Shown: positions 1 to 9,162, numbered from the stretch's first letter. The stretch is 34,247 nucleotides of DNA from Saprospiraceae bacterium (GCA_020849825.1 JADZFP010000296.1:1-34247), one strand, 5' to 3'. Notes: generated by a model from the sequence alone, not told the origin. A program made the numbers and translations.

Positions 1-82
1 ATAAAAATTATTTACATGAATGGCACGTTGTTGTTTGCTATAATTATGCAAAAATGTACTTTTTACGGCTGGATATCAAGGG

Positions 83-90
83 TAGTTTTG
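83..90 (+). promoter_or_regulatory. Candidate Bacteroidota-type -7 box TAGTTTTG (consensus TAnnTTTG), 46 nt upstream of the 136 start
   Basis: Exact TAnnTTTG match read at 83-90. Only a poor -33 partner (TTTTAC, not TTTG) about 20 nt upstream. Confidence 0.3.
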
Positions 91-135
91 TACCACTGAA
101 AACTTGATTCTTCTACACCAATAGTCATTCATCCC

Positions 136-3100
136 ATGAAAGGTATTTTCCACACCTTATTTATTCTGTTCTTCATTGCCGCGTTCGGCCCCGGGAGCAT
201 TGCCCAGAATTCCAGTTGTTTCTCCATCCGGGCGGGAGTCGTCTACGGGCAGCCGGGTGAGGTGGTATCTGTCCCCATTCTTGCTGCCGGTTCCATCGAT
301 GATATGGTCGGTCTGCAATTTGCGCTGACCTGGGAGTCCTCTGCATTGCAATATGCCGCGCCCCCTGTTGCTTTGACAAATACGCTGCCGTTTCTGGATA
401 ATACCAATTTCAATACCGCTCAGCAGGGCGTGTTGCGGTTTCTTTGGCTTGATCTTTTATTGACGGGCGAGTCGCTTCAGCCCGGGGATACGTTGTTTAT
501 GGTCAATCTTGCCATACAGCCCGGAGCAAGCGGTTTTATCCCGATCAGTTTGCCTCCTCAGTATCCGGGTATTCCTTTGGAAGCCAGCAACCTGCTTGCG
601 GGTATTATACCAACCGGTGCGCTCGACGGCGGCGTGTGGGTTAGTCCGGGTCAGGGCAATCCGCTGACCATAGCCGAGGCCTGCCAGTTTCCTGCCGATT
701 GTTCGGCTCCCTATGGCGCAATCGACCTCACCATCACGGGCGGCACGCCACCCTACACCTATTCCTGGGACGGTCCGTCCGGCCCGATACCCGGTTCCGA
801 CAACTTCGCGGCAGCCGGCGCAGGGCAGTATGCCGTCACCGTCACCGATCAAACTGGCGCCACGGCCTCCGGCGCTTTTACACTCGAGTCGGACGTTACT
901 TTTTTGAGTATTTATCCCAATGAAATCCAGCAGCCCAACTGCGTCGGCGGGGGAGGCATGATCGAAGTGGAAGCCATCAGCGGCATACCGCCTTATACCT
1001 ATGCCTGGTCCAATGGCGGCACTACGGCTGTACAGACCAACCTGGCCGCGGGCAATTACACCGTCACGGTGACCGATGCCTCCGGCTGTACCTCCGACGC
1101 CAGCTTTTCGCTGCACGAAGTGTCGGGTTTCAGCCTCAATCTCGGGCTTATAAAACCGCACTGCGGGGCAAATGATGGCGTACTGACCGTATCTGCGGCC
1201 GGGTTTAGCCCGCCTTTTGAGATACTTTGGAACAATGGGGCAACGGGGGCGACCATCGGAAATGCTGGCCCGGGCATATACAGCGTAACGGTGACCAATG
1301 CCGAAGGCTGTACCGAATCCGAAACGGTGTGGCTCGAAACCGCTGGCGTCAACAACGGCTGGGTACACTCGGAATCCGTCGAATGCAACCCGGCTACCAA
1401 CCTCGTCGACATCGCCAGTGTGTTCTGGACGGCGCCCGGCATCACGCTGCCGGTCGAACTGACCTGGAGCAGCGGCTTGGTACAAACGCTGGATACGATC
1501 GATTCGGGCAGTTTTATTTTCGGACTGAACAACCAGCCCCAGGGTCAGCATTATATACAGGTAAGCGACGCCGCGGGTTGCACCTTGTTCATTCCCGTAT
1601 CCGGGGTTTGCCCCGATGCCGACGGCGACTCGCTCACCGTTTCCTGTCTGACCCTCCACACCGGACAGGCGCAACAACTGTCTCCCTACTCCAACAAACA
1701 AAGCGTGCCGGTCACCGTACAGGGCTTCGACAATATCACCAGTCTGCGCTTCGGTCTCGACTGGCCGGCCGATAAGTACTATTTCACCAATCTTCACGCA
1801 ATAGAGTTGTCGCCTTTTACGCCATTCGACCTCAACGTGTTCCAGGATCAGGGCGCATTGCTCATCGATTGGCAAAACCCCTTCGGCGCCGGCCTGACGC
1901 TTGCCGACGGCGAGACGCTGTTTAGGGTGTGTTTTGTCCCTCTGGCCATCCCCGATTTCAGTTCCGGACTGGCATTTACCGACGACTTTTCACCGCAGGC
2001 CACCCGCAACGGCCAGCCCATCGCCCTGGCGGGCTACGACGGTCGCTTCACGAGCAACATTAATATACCCGCCAGCACCTGCGCCGTGGTACCCGATTGC
2101 CTCAACGACGGCGACGGCGGGTTTTACCTCGAAGGCATCTGGTGGACCCCTACGCTCGATATTGATTTGTACCAACACGGCGCACTGCAGTGGAGCGGCA
2201 CGGCCGACGAACTGGCCAGCCTCGCTCCCGGCACCTATCGCGCCGAGCTGCCGACTTCCGGCAATGCGCCGCAATATGCACTCCTGCACCTGCCCCAGAT
2301 TGCCACCGACGACTGCGTTTGGCCCGGCGACGCCGACAACAACGCGGCGGCCAATCACCACGATTTGCTCTACCTGGGTCTTGCGTACGGCGCCAGCGGC
2401 CCCTCCCGGCCGGCCCAGTTGCTCGACTGGTCGGGGCAGGACGGCGACACCTGGAACCAGCAAACCGGCCTGCGCAAGGTCGATTACAAAAACATCGATA
2501 CCAACGGCGATGGCTTCGTGGGCGCCGCCGATACGCTGGCCATCGTCCAAAACTGGGGCCAGGTGATCAATCCGGTCACTGACAACCCCTACGACGCGCC
2601 CCTCGGCAACCAATTGTACCCGACGGCGCCTTTGCTCACCGCTTTACCCGATACGGCCTATTCCGGTCAAGTGGTTTCCATCCCGGTGGTTTTGGGCGAC
2701 CCTGTGCTGTTTCCCGAGAATATGCACGGACTGGCGTTCAGCGTCATTTACGACCCGGCCATGATGCAGCCGCAGGTATACTTTGAACCCGAAACGTCGT
2801 GGCTGGGCGACCCGGCGACCGACCTGCTTTGGCTGCAGCGCAACTTCCACGACCAGGGCCGCCTCGACGTGGCTATCACGCGCTTCGACGGCCAGCCGGT
2901 GACCGGCAACGGTGTGATCGGGCATCTGTTTGTCATCATCGAAGACGATATTTTCTTCCAGACGCCCGTCGACGACGACGGCCCGGGAGCTTCGGCCGAT
3001 GAGGACACCGTGAAATACACGCCCCTGCGCTTTACCAATCTGCAGGCGCTCACGCCCGCCGAACAGCCGGTGCCCTTGGAGGCCGGGATCGTGCAGTTAC

Positions 3101-3390
3101 CCGTTGCAAAGTCGGGCGCCAGCGGCGTAAGCGGCCTCGACGCCGCCACACAGGTGTCGGTCCGGCCCAATCCAGCGGGCGCCTGGGTCGAGTTGAACAG
3201 TGTTGCAGGCGCCATCCGGCGCGTGACGCTCGTATCGCCCGACGGTAAAGTGTTTTTTGATCAAAATATGCCGGGCTGGCATGCCGGCCGGATCGATTTG
3301 TCCGGCGTGCCCGGCGGCTTGTATATGGTGAAAGTAAACACCGACCAGGGCGTATTTTTAACAAAACTGGTCGTGAATACCGCGAAATGA
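136..3390 (+). CDS. Secreted multidomain surface protein with three cohesin-like modules, three SprB-type repeats, a dockerin-like EF-hand pair and a T9SS C-terminal sorting domain
   Basis: 1084 aa. N-terminal signal peptide (MKGIFHTLFILFFIAAFGPGSIAQ). SprB-like repeats (GGTPPYTYSW...YAVTVTDQTG; GIPPYTYAWSNGG...YTVTVTDASGC; PPFEILWNNG...YSVTVTNAEGC). Dockerin-like PGDADNNAAANHHDLLYL ... IDTNGDGFVGAADTLAIVQNW. C-terminus VRPNPAG..VELN...GLYMVKVNTDQGVFLTKLVV is typical of Por/T9SS CTDs. Domain names are from sequence-pattern recognition, not an HMM search. Confidence 0.8.
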   Translation: MKGIFHTLFILFFIAAFGPGSIAQNSSCFSIRAGVVYGQPGEVVSVPILAAGSIDDMVGLQFALTWESSALQYAAPPVALTNTLPFLDNTNFNTAQQGVLRFLWLDLLLTGESLQPGDTLFMVNLAIQPGASGFIPISLPPQYPGIPLEASNLLAGIIPTGALDGGVWVSPGQGNPLTIAEACQFPADCSAPYGAIDLTITGGTPPYTYSWDGPSGPIPGSDNFAAAGAGQYAVTVTDQTGATASGAFTLESDVTFLSIYPNEIQQPNCVGGGGMIEVEAISGIPPYTYAWSNGGTTAVQTNLAAGNYTVTVTDASGCTSDASFSLHEVSGFSLNLGLIKPHCGANDGVLTVSAAGFSPPFEILWNNGATGATIGNAGPGIYSVTVTNAEGCTESETVWLETAGVNNGWVHSESVECNPATNLVDIASVFWTAPGITLPVELTWSSGLVQTLDTIDSGSFIFGLNNQPQGQHYIQVSDAAGCTLFIPVSGVCPDADGDSLTVSCLTLHTGQAQQLSPYSNKQSVPVTVQGFDNITSLRFGLDWPADKYYFTNLHAIELSPFTPFDLNVFQDQGALLIDWQNPFGAGLTLADGETLFRVCFVPLAIPDFSSGLAFTDDFSPQATRNGQPIALAGYDGRFTSNINIPASTCAVVPDCLNDGDGGFYLEGIWWTPTLDIDLYQHGALQWSGTADELASLAPGTYRAELPTSGNAPQYALLHLPQIATDDCVWPGDADNNAAANHHDLLYLGLAYGASGPSRPAQLLDWSGQDGDTWNQQTGLRKVDYKNIDTNGDGFVGAADTLAIVQNWGQVINPVTDNPYDAPLGNQLYPTAPLLTALPDTAYSGQVVSIPVVLGDPVLFPENMHGLAFSVIYDPAMMQPQVYFEPETSWLGDPATDLLWLQRNFHDQGRLDVAITRFDGQPVTGNGVIGHLFVIIEDDIFFQTPVDDDGPGASADEDTVKYTPLRFTNLQALTPAEQPVPLEAGIVQLPVAKSGASGVSGLDAATQVSVRPNPAGAWVELNSVAGAIRRVTLVSPDGKVFFDQNMPGWHAGRIDLSGVPGGLYMVKVNTDQGVFLTKLVVNTAK

Positions 3391-3410
3391 TGTGAAATCT
3401 CTTGTTTTTA

Positions 3411-3447
3411 AGCCGCCGGGAAGGAAACTGTTCCGGCGGCTTTTTTT
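3411..3447 (+). terminator. Rho-independent terminator after the 136..3390 CDS
   Basis: A 9-bp perfect stem AGCCGCCGG (3411-3419) / CCGGCGGCT (3433-3441) followed by T7. Confidence 0.8.
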
Positions 3448-3512
3448 GTGTTTGCCGAGGTGTTGTGTGGGGATTTAACGTCGGAAAAATTTCCGGGATG
3501 GCAGATAAAAAT

Positions 3513-3520
3513 TAGCTTTG
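3513..3520 (+). promoter_or_regulatory. Candidate -7 box TAGCTTTG upstream of the 3564 CDS
   Basis: Exact TAnnTTTG match 44 nt upstream of the ATG. The -33 region reads ATTTCC, an imperfect TTTG. Confidence 0.35.
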
Positions 3521-3563
3521 TGGCACTATTCAAAATTTTCCACATCATAAGCCTATTATTCCG

Positions 3564-4388
3564 ATGAAAAATTTACCCCTCCCCCAATATCGGCTGCTCC
3601 AACTTTTGGTGTCAACCCTGTTTTTGTTTTTGGGAACCCTGTTGCCGTTTAAAGCAAGCGCCCAATGCTGCCCTTTTACCAGTTGCATTCCCGGTTACCC
3701 CGAAAATCCCTCGATCATTTGCGGTCCATATGACGATTTGCCCGGGCCCTATTTTGTCCGAGTTTACCTTTCCAACAACCACAACAATTTCTATTTCGGC
3801 GGAAACACTTTCTACCTGTTCCGGCCCGACAACTTTACCGGCGAGAAAGCCATAAGCGCCGCTATTTCGGCTAATTACGATCTGGATGAAGCCACTGAGG
3901 CCGATTTTGCCGATATACGGGCTGTTCTGGAAACCATACGCGACGTCGTGGACGATGAAGCGCCGCTTGAATCTCTTCCTGAGGATATTCTCGATACGCT
4001 TGAAATCAACTGGGGGACCGATTGCTCGCAAGCTGGGGCCCTGGCGCGCAATCTCCTGCACCGCAATGGGCGCGATCTTCTTCCCGATTGTTCTGTCACC
4101 GCACGCCCGGCGTTGAGTAAAGCAACCCAAATTGCTTTGCCAAGCAACATTGGTATTTATCCCAACCCGGCCGACAGCGAAGTTCGAATCGATTGTTCCA
4201 TGATGCCCGAAGACGCAATTTTAGTGCTGACCAATTTATCTAATGGGGAAACAGTCTGGCAGTTGACACCTAAGTTGATGCCCTTAATCCGCATTGATAC
4301 CGGACATCTTGCTGCCGGGGTTTATCTGCTTGCAGCATACACGCCGAACGGCCGGGTGGCGTACGAGAAATTGTTGATCATTCACTGA
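3564..4388 (+). CDS. Secreted protein of unknown function with a T9SS C-terminal sorting domain
   Basis: 274 aa. Signal peptide ending ..FKASAQ. C-terminal IYPNPADSEVRIDC...GVYLLAAYTPNGRVAYEKLLIIH is a T9SS CTD pattern. Confidence 0.75.
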   Translation: MKNLPLPQYRLLQLLVSTLFLFLGTLLPFKASAQCCPFTSCIPGYPENPSIICGPYDDLPGPYFVRVYLSNNHNNFYFGGNTFYLFRPDNFTGEKAISAAISANYDLDEATEADFADIRAVLETIRDVVDDEAPLESLPEDILDTLEINWGTDCSQAGALARNLLHRNGRDLLPDCSVTARPALSKATQIALPSNIGIYPNPADSEVRIDCSMMPEDAILVLTNLSNGETVWQLTPKLMPLIRIDTGHLAAGVYLLAAYTPNGRVAYEKLLIIH

Positions 4389-4402
4389 GTTTCCAATCCA
4401 GG

Positions 4403-4433
4403 GCGTGGCAAACTCCGGGTTTGCCACGCTTTT
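4403..4433 (+). terminator. Rho-independent terminator after the 3564..4388 CDS
   Basis: A 10-bp stem GCGTGGCAAA / TTTGCCACGC with a 7-nt loop, followed by TTTT. Confidence 0.7.
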
Positions 4434-4446
4434 AACTGTTGTCACC

Positions 4447-5964
4447 ATGAAAAGCGCTCTTGGAGTAGTTGCCTGGCTATTGATGATCGTTTACCTGGCC
4501 AATGCCCAAGCAGGATGGAACGAATCCTATGATTTTAACTTAGGGATCAATCAGTTCAAAACTATCCTTGTAGACAACGATACAATCGTCTTTGTCGGCT
4601 ATGCTAATACCCCGGACTCGCCATTTATTAAAAGTGCACTTGTCGGTCGGATTGATTCAAACGGACAAACTATTAATTACGAGATATTCGAAGATTCTCT
4701 CGGAGATATTCTTGATGTAGGTGAAAACATTATTAAAACTAGCGATGGTAACTACGCGTTTCATTCCGCAATCCTTTTCCGAAATAGCGATGCCTTATAC
4801 AAATTCGGCAAAGACCTTTCCTTGCAATCTATATACGAATTTACAGATACTATGAATTTGTCTGTTGGTTATAGAGGAATTATCGGCTTGGAAAATGGTT
4901 ATCTACTTTCGGGTCATGTGCGACGACCTAATCACAAGTATGATGCTTTTGCAAGGCGTATCGACAACGAAGGAAATACCTTGTGGTTTCATTATTACGG
5001 CCAGTACGAGCAAGACGACATTATGCTGGGTATGACCCAACTAAATGACAGTTTGTTTGCAATAACCGGGGCGAACGCACCTGATTTTTCCATTGTTGAA
5101 GATACTCGTTTGAAAATATGGATGATCGACTCCAACGGGCAGATACAGGTGAACTGGTCGGGATCAGACGATTTACTGGCAATGGGTATATTTGATTTGG
5201 AAATTGTACCGAGTGGAGGATACATCGCTTTTTCGAGGACTTTTTCAGGTTACAACCAATGGGATGATTACCAGTTGCAACCCACGCTGATCAAATTTGA
5301 CGACGACCTGCAAATAGAGTGGATAAAGCGTTTTGGCCCGGCCCATTCCTCGTTCAGCATCTGGCACGACATGAAACCCACGCCCGACGGCAATTACATT
5401 GGCGCCGGCCGGGTAGCGCCCTACGACCTGGCCGACCTGAACGCTCACCTCTACGGCTGGCTGTACAAGTTCACGCCCGAGGGCGACAGCATCTGGGCGC
5501 GGGCCGACCTGAGTACCATTCCTTACCAAAGTGGCATCGACGATAATGTGTTCGGCGGGGTGGATTTTTTGTCGAGCGGCAGCATCGTGGCCGGCGGCAA
5601 CTCCTATATCAATGGTCAACTCTACGGCTGGATCATCAAAGTGACCCCCGACGGCTGCATCGATACGCTGCTGTGCCAGCCTTCGGCCGCGCGGCCCGAG
5701 CCCGAGCCGGGGCAAAAACGCCTGCGCCTGAGCCCGAACCCGGCCGACGGCGAAGTGTCGATTGATTGCACGGGACTGCCGGAGGGGGCTGTACTGGCGT
5801 TAACGGCAATTGCGGACGAGCGCGTCGTATGGCAACAACATGTTAACGACCGGGCATCAGTTCGGGTGGCCACAGACCGATTTGCCCAGGGTTTGTACGT
5901 GCTCTCGGCTTTTACGCCGCGCGGCATTGTTGCTCGTGAAAAACTGTTGATCCTTCATCGTTGA
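4447..5964 (+). CDS. Secreted protein of unknown function with a T9SS C-terminal sorting domain
   Basis: The ORF track starts at GTG 4405, but that start lies inside the upstream terminator hairpin. ATG 4447 gives MKSALGVVAWLLMIVYLANAQA, a clean signal peptide. The C-terminus LSPNPADGEVSIDC...GLYVLSAFTPRGIVAREKLLILHR is paralogous to the CTD of the preceding gene. Confidence 0.75.
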   Translation: MKSALGVVAWLLMIVYLANAQAGWNESYDFNLGINQFKTILVDNDTIVFVGYANTPDSPFIKSALVGRIDSNGQTINYEIFEDSLGDILDVGENIIKTSDGNYAFHSAILFRNSDALYKFGKDLSLQSIYEFTDTMNLSVGYRGIIGLENGYLLSGHVRRPNHKYDAFARRIDNEGNTLWFHYYGQYEQDDIMLGMTQLNDSLFAITGANAPDFSIVEDTRLKIWMIDSNGQIQVNWSGSDDLLAMGIFDLEIVPSGGYIAFSRTFSGYNQWDDYQLQPTLIKFDDDLQIEWIKRFGPAHSSFSIWHDMKPTPDGNYIGAGRVAPYDLADLNAHLYGWLYKFTPEGDSIWARADLSTIPYQSGIDDNVFGGVDFLSSGSIVAGGNSYINGQLYGWIIKVTPDGCIDTLLCQPSAARPEPEPGQKRLRLSPNPADGEVSIDCTGLPEGAVLALTAIADERVVWQQHVNDRASVRVATDRFAQGLYVLSAFTPRGIVAREKLLILHR

Positions 5965-6003
5965 GACGCTCGGGAACTTTTTTTCAGATTTTTTAGAAAC
6001 CCC

Positions 6004-6036
6004 TTTGGAAAATCGAATCTCCTGTGCTTACCTTTG
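6004..6036 (+). promoter_or_regulatory. Candidate Bacteroidota sigma-A promoter for the ribosomal-protein cluster (TTTG-N21-TACCTTTG)
   Basis: TTTG at 6004-6007 and TACCTTTG at 6029-6036, about 83 nt upstream of the rpsJ ATG. Matches the published -33 TTTG / -7 TAnnTTTG architecture. Confidence 0.45.
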
Positions 6037-6118
6037 CGGGCGCTTTTCGGGAAAGGTTTGCAGAATCAAATTTGGTTTACCGGAAAGTAAAGTGTTCAAG
6101 AAGAAATTTTAACAGGTA

Positions 6119-6427
6119 ATGAATCAGAAAATTCGCATCAAACTTCGGTCGTACGACTACAACTTGGTGGACAAATCCACCGAGAAGATCGTCAAGACCG
6201 TACGTGCGAGTGGCGCCGTCGTAACTGGCCCGATTCCGCTGCCTACCGAGAAGGAAATTTTCACCGTGCTGCGCTCGCCGCACGTGAATAAAAAATCCCG
6301 GGAGCAGTTCCAGTTGCGCACCCACAAGCGCTTGATTGAAATCTACACGCCCACCCAGAAAACGGTGGACGCGCTCTCCAAGTTGGAACTCCCGAGCGGT
6401 GTGGACATCCAGGTCAAGCTCACCTAA
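6119..6427 (+). CDS. rpsJ: 30S ribosomal protein S10
   Basis: 102 aa, [13 protein letters not shown]... Heads the canonical S10-L3-L4-L23-L2-S19-L22-S3-L16-L29-S17 order. Confidence 0.97.
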   Translation: MNQKIRIKLRSYDYNLVDKSTEKIVKTVRASGAVVTGPIPLPTEKEIFTVLRSPHVNKKSREQFQLRTHKRLIEIYTPTQKTVDALSKLELPSGVDIQVKLT

Positions 6428-6504
6428 GTAATTTTCAGATTCAAGACGGTTGTTTCCGGTAGGGGTCAAAGTGGTCGTTTAACGAACTAACTGATGTCGC
6501 CGAA

Positions 6505-6540
6505 AGCGTTTCCAGGACGTGGAAAGTCGCTTTTTTGCTT
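6505..6540 (+). terminator. Terminator/attenuator-like hairpin with a T-run inside the rpsJ-rplC spacer
   Basis: AGCGTTTCCA (6505-6514), loop GGACG, then TGGAAAGTCGCT with a 2-nt bulge, followed by TTTTTTGCTTTT. Confidence 0.4.
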
Positions 6541-6617
6541 TTCCAGCGCCTGTAAGCCGCCTTGTATTTGATGTAAAAAAATCACCAATCGTTCAACCAT
6601 AAAACATACGCCACAAC

Positions 6618-7238
6618 GTGAACGGTCTGATTGGCAAAAAAATCGGGATGACGAGCATCTATGACGCTTCAGGCAAAAATGTTGCCTGCACGATCATCGA
6701 AGCCGGTCCCTGCGTGGTGACGCAAGTGCGCACCGAAGACACGGATGGTTACGCAGCCCTCCAGCTCGCCTACGGCGAACGCAAAGTAAAAAACACGCCC
6801 GCCCCGCTGCTCGGCCACTTCGAAGCAGCCGGTACGGCGCCCAAACATCAGGTCCGCGAATTCCGCGGCATGAGCCTCAACAAAGAACTCGGCGAACTGA
6901 TCACGGTTTCCGATGTCTTCCAGGAAGGCGACAAAGTCAGCGTAGTCGGCACCTCCAAGGGTAAAGGCTTCCAGGGCGTAGTCCGCCGCCACGGTTTCGG
7001 CGGTGTCATGCAGCAGACGCACGGTCAGCACAACCGCCTCCGCGCCCCCGGTTCGCTCGGCAACTCCTCTTTCGCCGCCAAGGTGATGAAAGGGATGCGC
7101 ATGGCCGGCCAGATGGGCAATGATCGCGTCAAAGTGCGCCGCCTGCAAATTCTGAAGGTATTCCCCGATCAGAACCTGATTCTGATCAAGGGTGCGGTAC
7201 CCGGCCATAAAGGCGCTTATGTCATTATTGAAAAGTAA
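6618..7238 (+). CDS. rplC: 50S ribosomal protein L3
   Basis: 206 aa, GTG start. [15 protein letters not shown] is the typical L3 N-terminus. Confidence 0.96.
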   Translation: MNGLIGKKIGMTSIYDASGKNVACTIIEAGPCVVTQVRTEDTDGYAALQLAYGERKVKNTPAPLLGHFEAAGTAPKHQVREFRGMSLNKELGELITVSDVFQEGDKVSVVGTSKGKGFQGVVRRHGFGGVMQQTHGQHNRLRAPGSLGNSSFAAKVMKGMRMAGQMGNDRVKVRRLQILKVFPDQNLILIKGAVPGHKGAYVIIEK

Positions 7239-7286
7239 AAAACATGCCGCTCCCTCGGGAAAGGCAGACCATAAATTTCTTCGGAA

Positions 7287-7913
7287 ATGAATGTCAATAT
7301 CGTAAATATCAAAGGCGAAGCCACGGGCCGTACCATCGAATTGCCCGAAAACGTGTTCGGCATCGAACCGCATGAGCACAGTGTTTGGCTCGACGTGAAA
7401 CGCTACCTCGCCGCACAGCGCCAGGGCACTCACAAGTCCAAAGAGCGCAGCGAGATGAGCGGCTCCACCCGCAAGTTGCACAAACAAAAGGGTACCGGCG
7501 GCTCGCGTAAAGGCGATATCAACAACCCGCTGTACCGTGGCGGTGGCCGTGTATTCGGTCCGCGCCCCCGCAACTACGACATCCAGGTCAACGCCAAAGT
7601 GCGCCGCCTGGCCCGCCGTAGCGCACTCAGCGCCAAAGCAAAAGCCGGTCAGATCATCGTTGTGGAAGATTTCCGCTTCGAAGCGCCGAAAACACGGGAA
7701 TTCCAGGCCATGCTCAACGCCCTCCAGGTCGCTGACAAAAAGCCGCTGACCGTTCTCGGCGCCTACGACAAAAACGTATACCTCTCCTGCCGCAATATTT
7801 CCAAAGCAGAAATCGCTCCTGCCAAAGATCTGAATACCTATCAGATCATGAATGCCGGTGTGCTCGTGCTCGCGGAAAGTGCAATCGAGGCCATCAAAGA
7901 AACCTGCGCGTAA
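7287..7913 (+). CDS. rplD: 50S ribosomal protein L4
   Basis: 208 aa with the GTGGSRKG...[13 protein letters not shown] motif. Correct position in the cluster. Confidence 0.96.
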   Translation: MNVNIVNIKGEATGRTIELPENVFGIEPHEHSVWLDVKRYLAAQRQGTHKSKERSEMSGSTRKLHKQKGTGGSRKGDINNPLYRGGGRVFGPRPRNYDIQVNAKVRRLARRSALSAKAKAGQIIVVEDFRFEAPKTREFQAMLNALQVADKKPLTVLGAYDKNVYLSCRNISKAEIAPAKDLNTYQIMNAGVLVLAESAIEAIKETCA

Positions 7914-7966
7914 ACAGTTTGCAGTGACGGGGCGCCCGACACTACGAACGATAAAAGAACACCATC

Positions 7967-8269
7967 ATGGCTAAGCAAATTCTGATCAAGCCGGTCATCA
8001 CGGAAAAATCGACGAAACTCGCCGACAAGCGCAGCACCTACGTGTTCGTGGTGAACAAGAATGCCAATAAAATCGAGGTCAAAAACGCCGTGGAGAAATT
8101 CTACAACGTCAGCGTTGATAGCGTCAACACGGCTGTGATGCCCGCCAAACCGAAGGCCCGCAGCACCAAAACGACCATCGTCCGCGGCCGCAAAGCTTCC
8201 TACAAGAAAGCTTATGTGACCCTCACCCCCGGCGAGCGCATCGATATCTTCGGCGCCACGGAAGAATAA
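7967..8269 (+). CDS. rplW: 50S ribosomal protein L23
   Basis: 100 aa with ILIKPVITEKS. Lies between L4 and L2. Confidence 0.95.
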   Translation: MAKQILIKPVITEKSTKLADKRSTYVFVVNKNANKIEVKNAVEKFYNVSVDSVNTAVMPAKPKARSTKTTIVRGRKASYKKAYVTLTPGERIDIFGATEE

Positions 8270-8298
8270 TTATCGCAAACGATCTCAACTGAGCAATA

Positions 8299-9138
8299 AT
8301 GGCAGTTAAGAAATTCAATCCGATCACGCCCGGCTCCCGCTACCGGGTGGCCGTGGATCGCAAGGAGCTGACCAAAGGCGCCAAGCCTGAAAAATCACTG
8401 CTGCTGACCATCGGCAGCACCGGCGGTCGCAATACCGACGGACACCGTACCATGCGCTATCGCGGCGGCGGCCACAAACGCCGCTACCGTATCATCGACT
8501 TCAAACGCGAAAAAGAAGGGATGACGGCAAAGGTGCAGAGCATCCAGTACGACCCCTACCGCAGCGCTTACATCGCACTCGTGGAATATACCGATGGCGA
8601 AAAACGCTACATCATCGCCCCCAAAGGCCTCACAGTCGGTCAGGAAATCATTTCCGGCCGCGGTGCAGCCCCCGAAACGGGCAATTGCCTCTACCTGGCC
8701 GAAGTACCCCTGGGCGCCGTCGTTCACAATATTGAAATGCAACCCGGCGCCGGCGGCGTTCTGGTTCGCGGCGCCGGCACCGGCGCTCAAATGATGGGCC
8801 GCGAAGACCGCTACGCCGTGCTTCGTATGCCCTCCGGCGAAATCCGCCGCATCTTCCTGACCTGCAAAGCCACTATCGGCACCGTAGGCAACTCCGACCA
8901 CAACCTCGAGATCAACGGCAAGGCAGGCCGCAACCGCTGGAACGGCTGGCGCCCGCGCAACCGCCCCGTTGCCATGAACCCCGTCGATCACCCCATGGGT
9001 GGTGGCGAAGGTCGCGCCTCGGGTGGTCACCCGCGTAGCCGCAAAGGCCTGAAAGCCAAAGGCATGAAGACCCGCAGCCGCACGAAAAAATCCAATGCAC
9101 TGATTATCAGCCGCAAAAAAGGCGGATTGGTGAAATAA
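8299..9138 (+). CDS. rplB: 50S ribosomal protein L2
   Basis: 279 aa with [27 protein letters not shown] and HPMGGGEGR motifs. Confidence 0.97.
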   Translation: MAVKKFNPITPGSRYRVAVDRKELTKGAKPEKSLLLTIGSTGGRNTDGHRTMRYRGGGHKRRYRIIDFKREKEGMTAKVQSIQYDPYRSAYIALVEYTDGEKRYIIAPKGLTVGQEIISGRGAAPETGNCLYLAEVPLGAVVHNIEMQPGAGGVLVRGAGTGAQMMGREDRYAVLRMPSGEIRRIFLTCKATIGTVGNSDHNLEINGKAGRNRWNGWRPRNRPVAMNPVDHPMGGGEGRASGGHPRSRKGLKAKGMKTRSRTKKSNALIISRKKGGLVK

Positions 9139-9162
9139 ATTATCACTCTTAACTGAAACGAG

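Noticed and set aside
457-1875. A 472-aa minus-strand ORF, plus several shorter ORFs on both strands, overlapping the 136..3390 gene.
   Set aside because: The + strand frame carries the signal peptide, SprB repeats, dockerin motif and T9SS CTD. The overlapping frames are compositional artefacts.
3525-3538. An identical 14-mer, ACTATTCAAAATTT, at 3525-3538 and 34167-34180, both just downstream of genes.
   Set aside because: A few exact 14-mer coincidences are expected by chance in a 34-kb window compared against itself. No flanking similarity exists.
4405-4446. ORF-track start codons that extend genes upstream: GTG 4405, ATG 15052 for rpsE, 16029 for rplO, 23974 for the lipoprotein, 30032 for DUF4129, 31894 for mscL and 32374 for the last gene.
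   Set aside because: The extensions overlap upstream genes or terminator hairpins. They add residues in front of canonical family N-termini or signal peptides, so internal ATGs were chosen.
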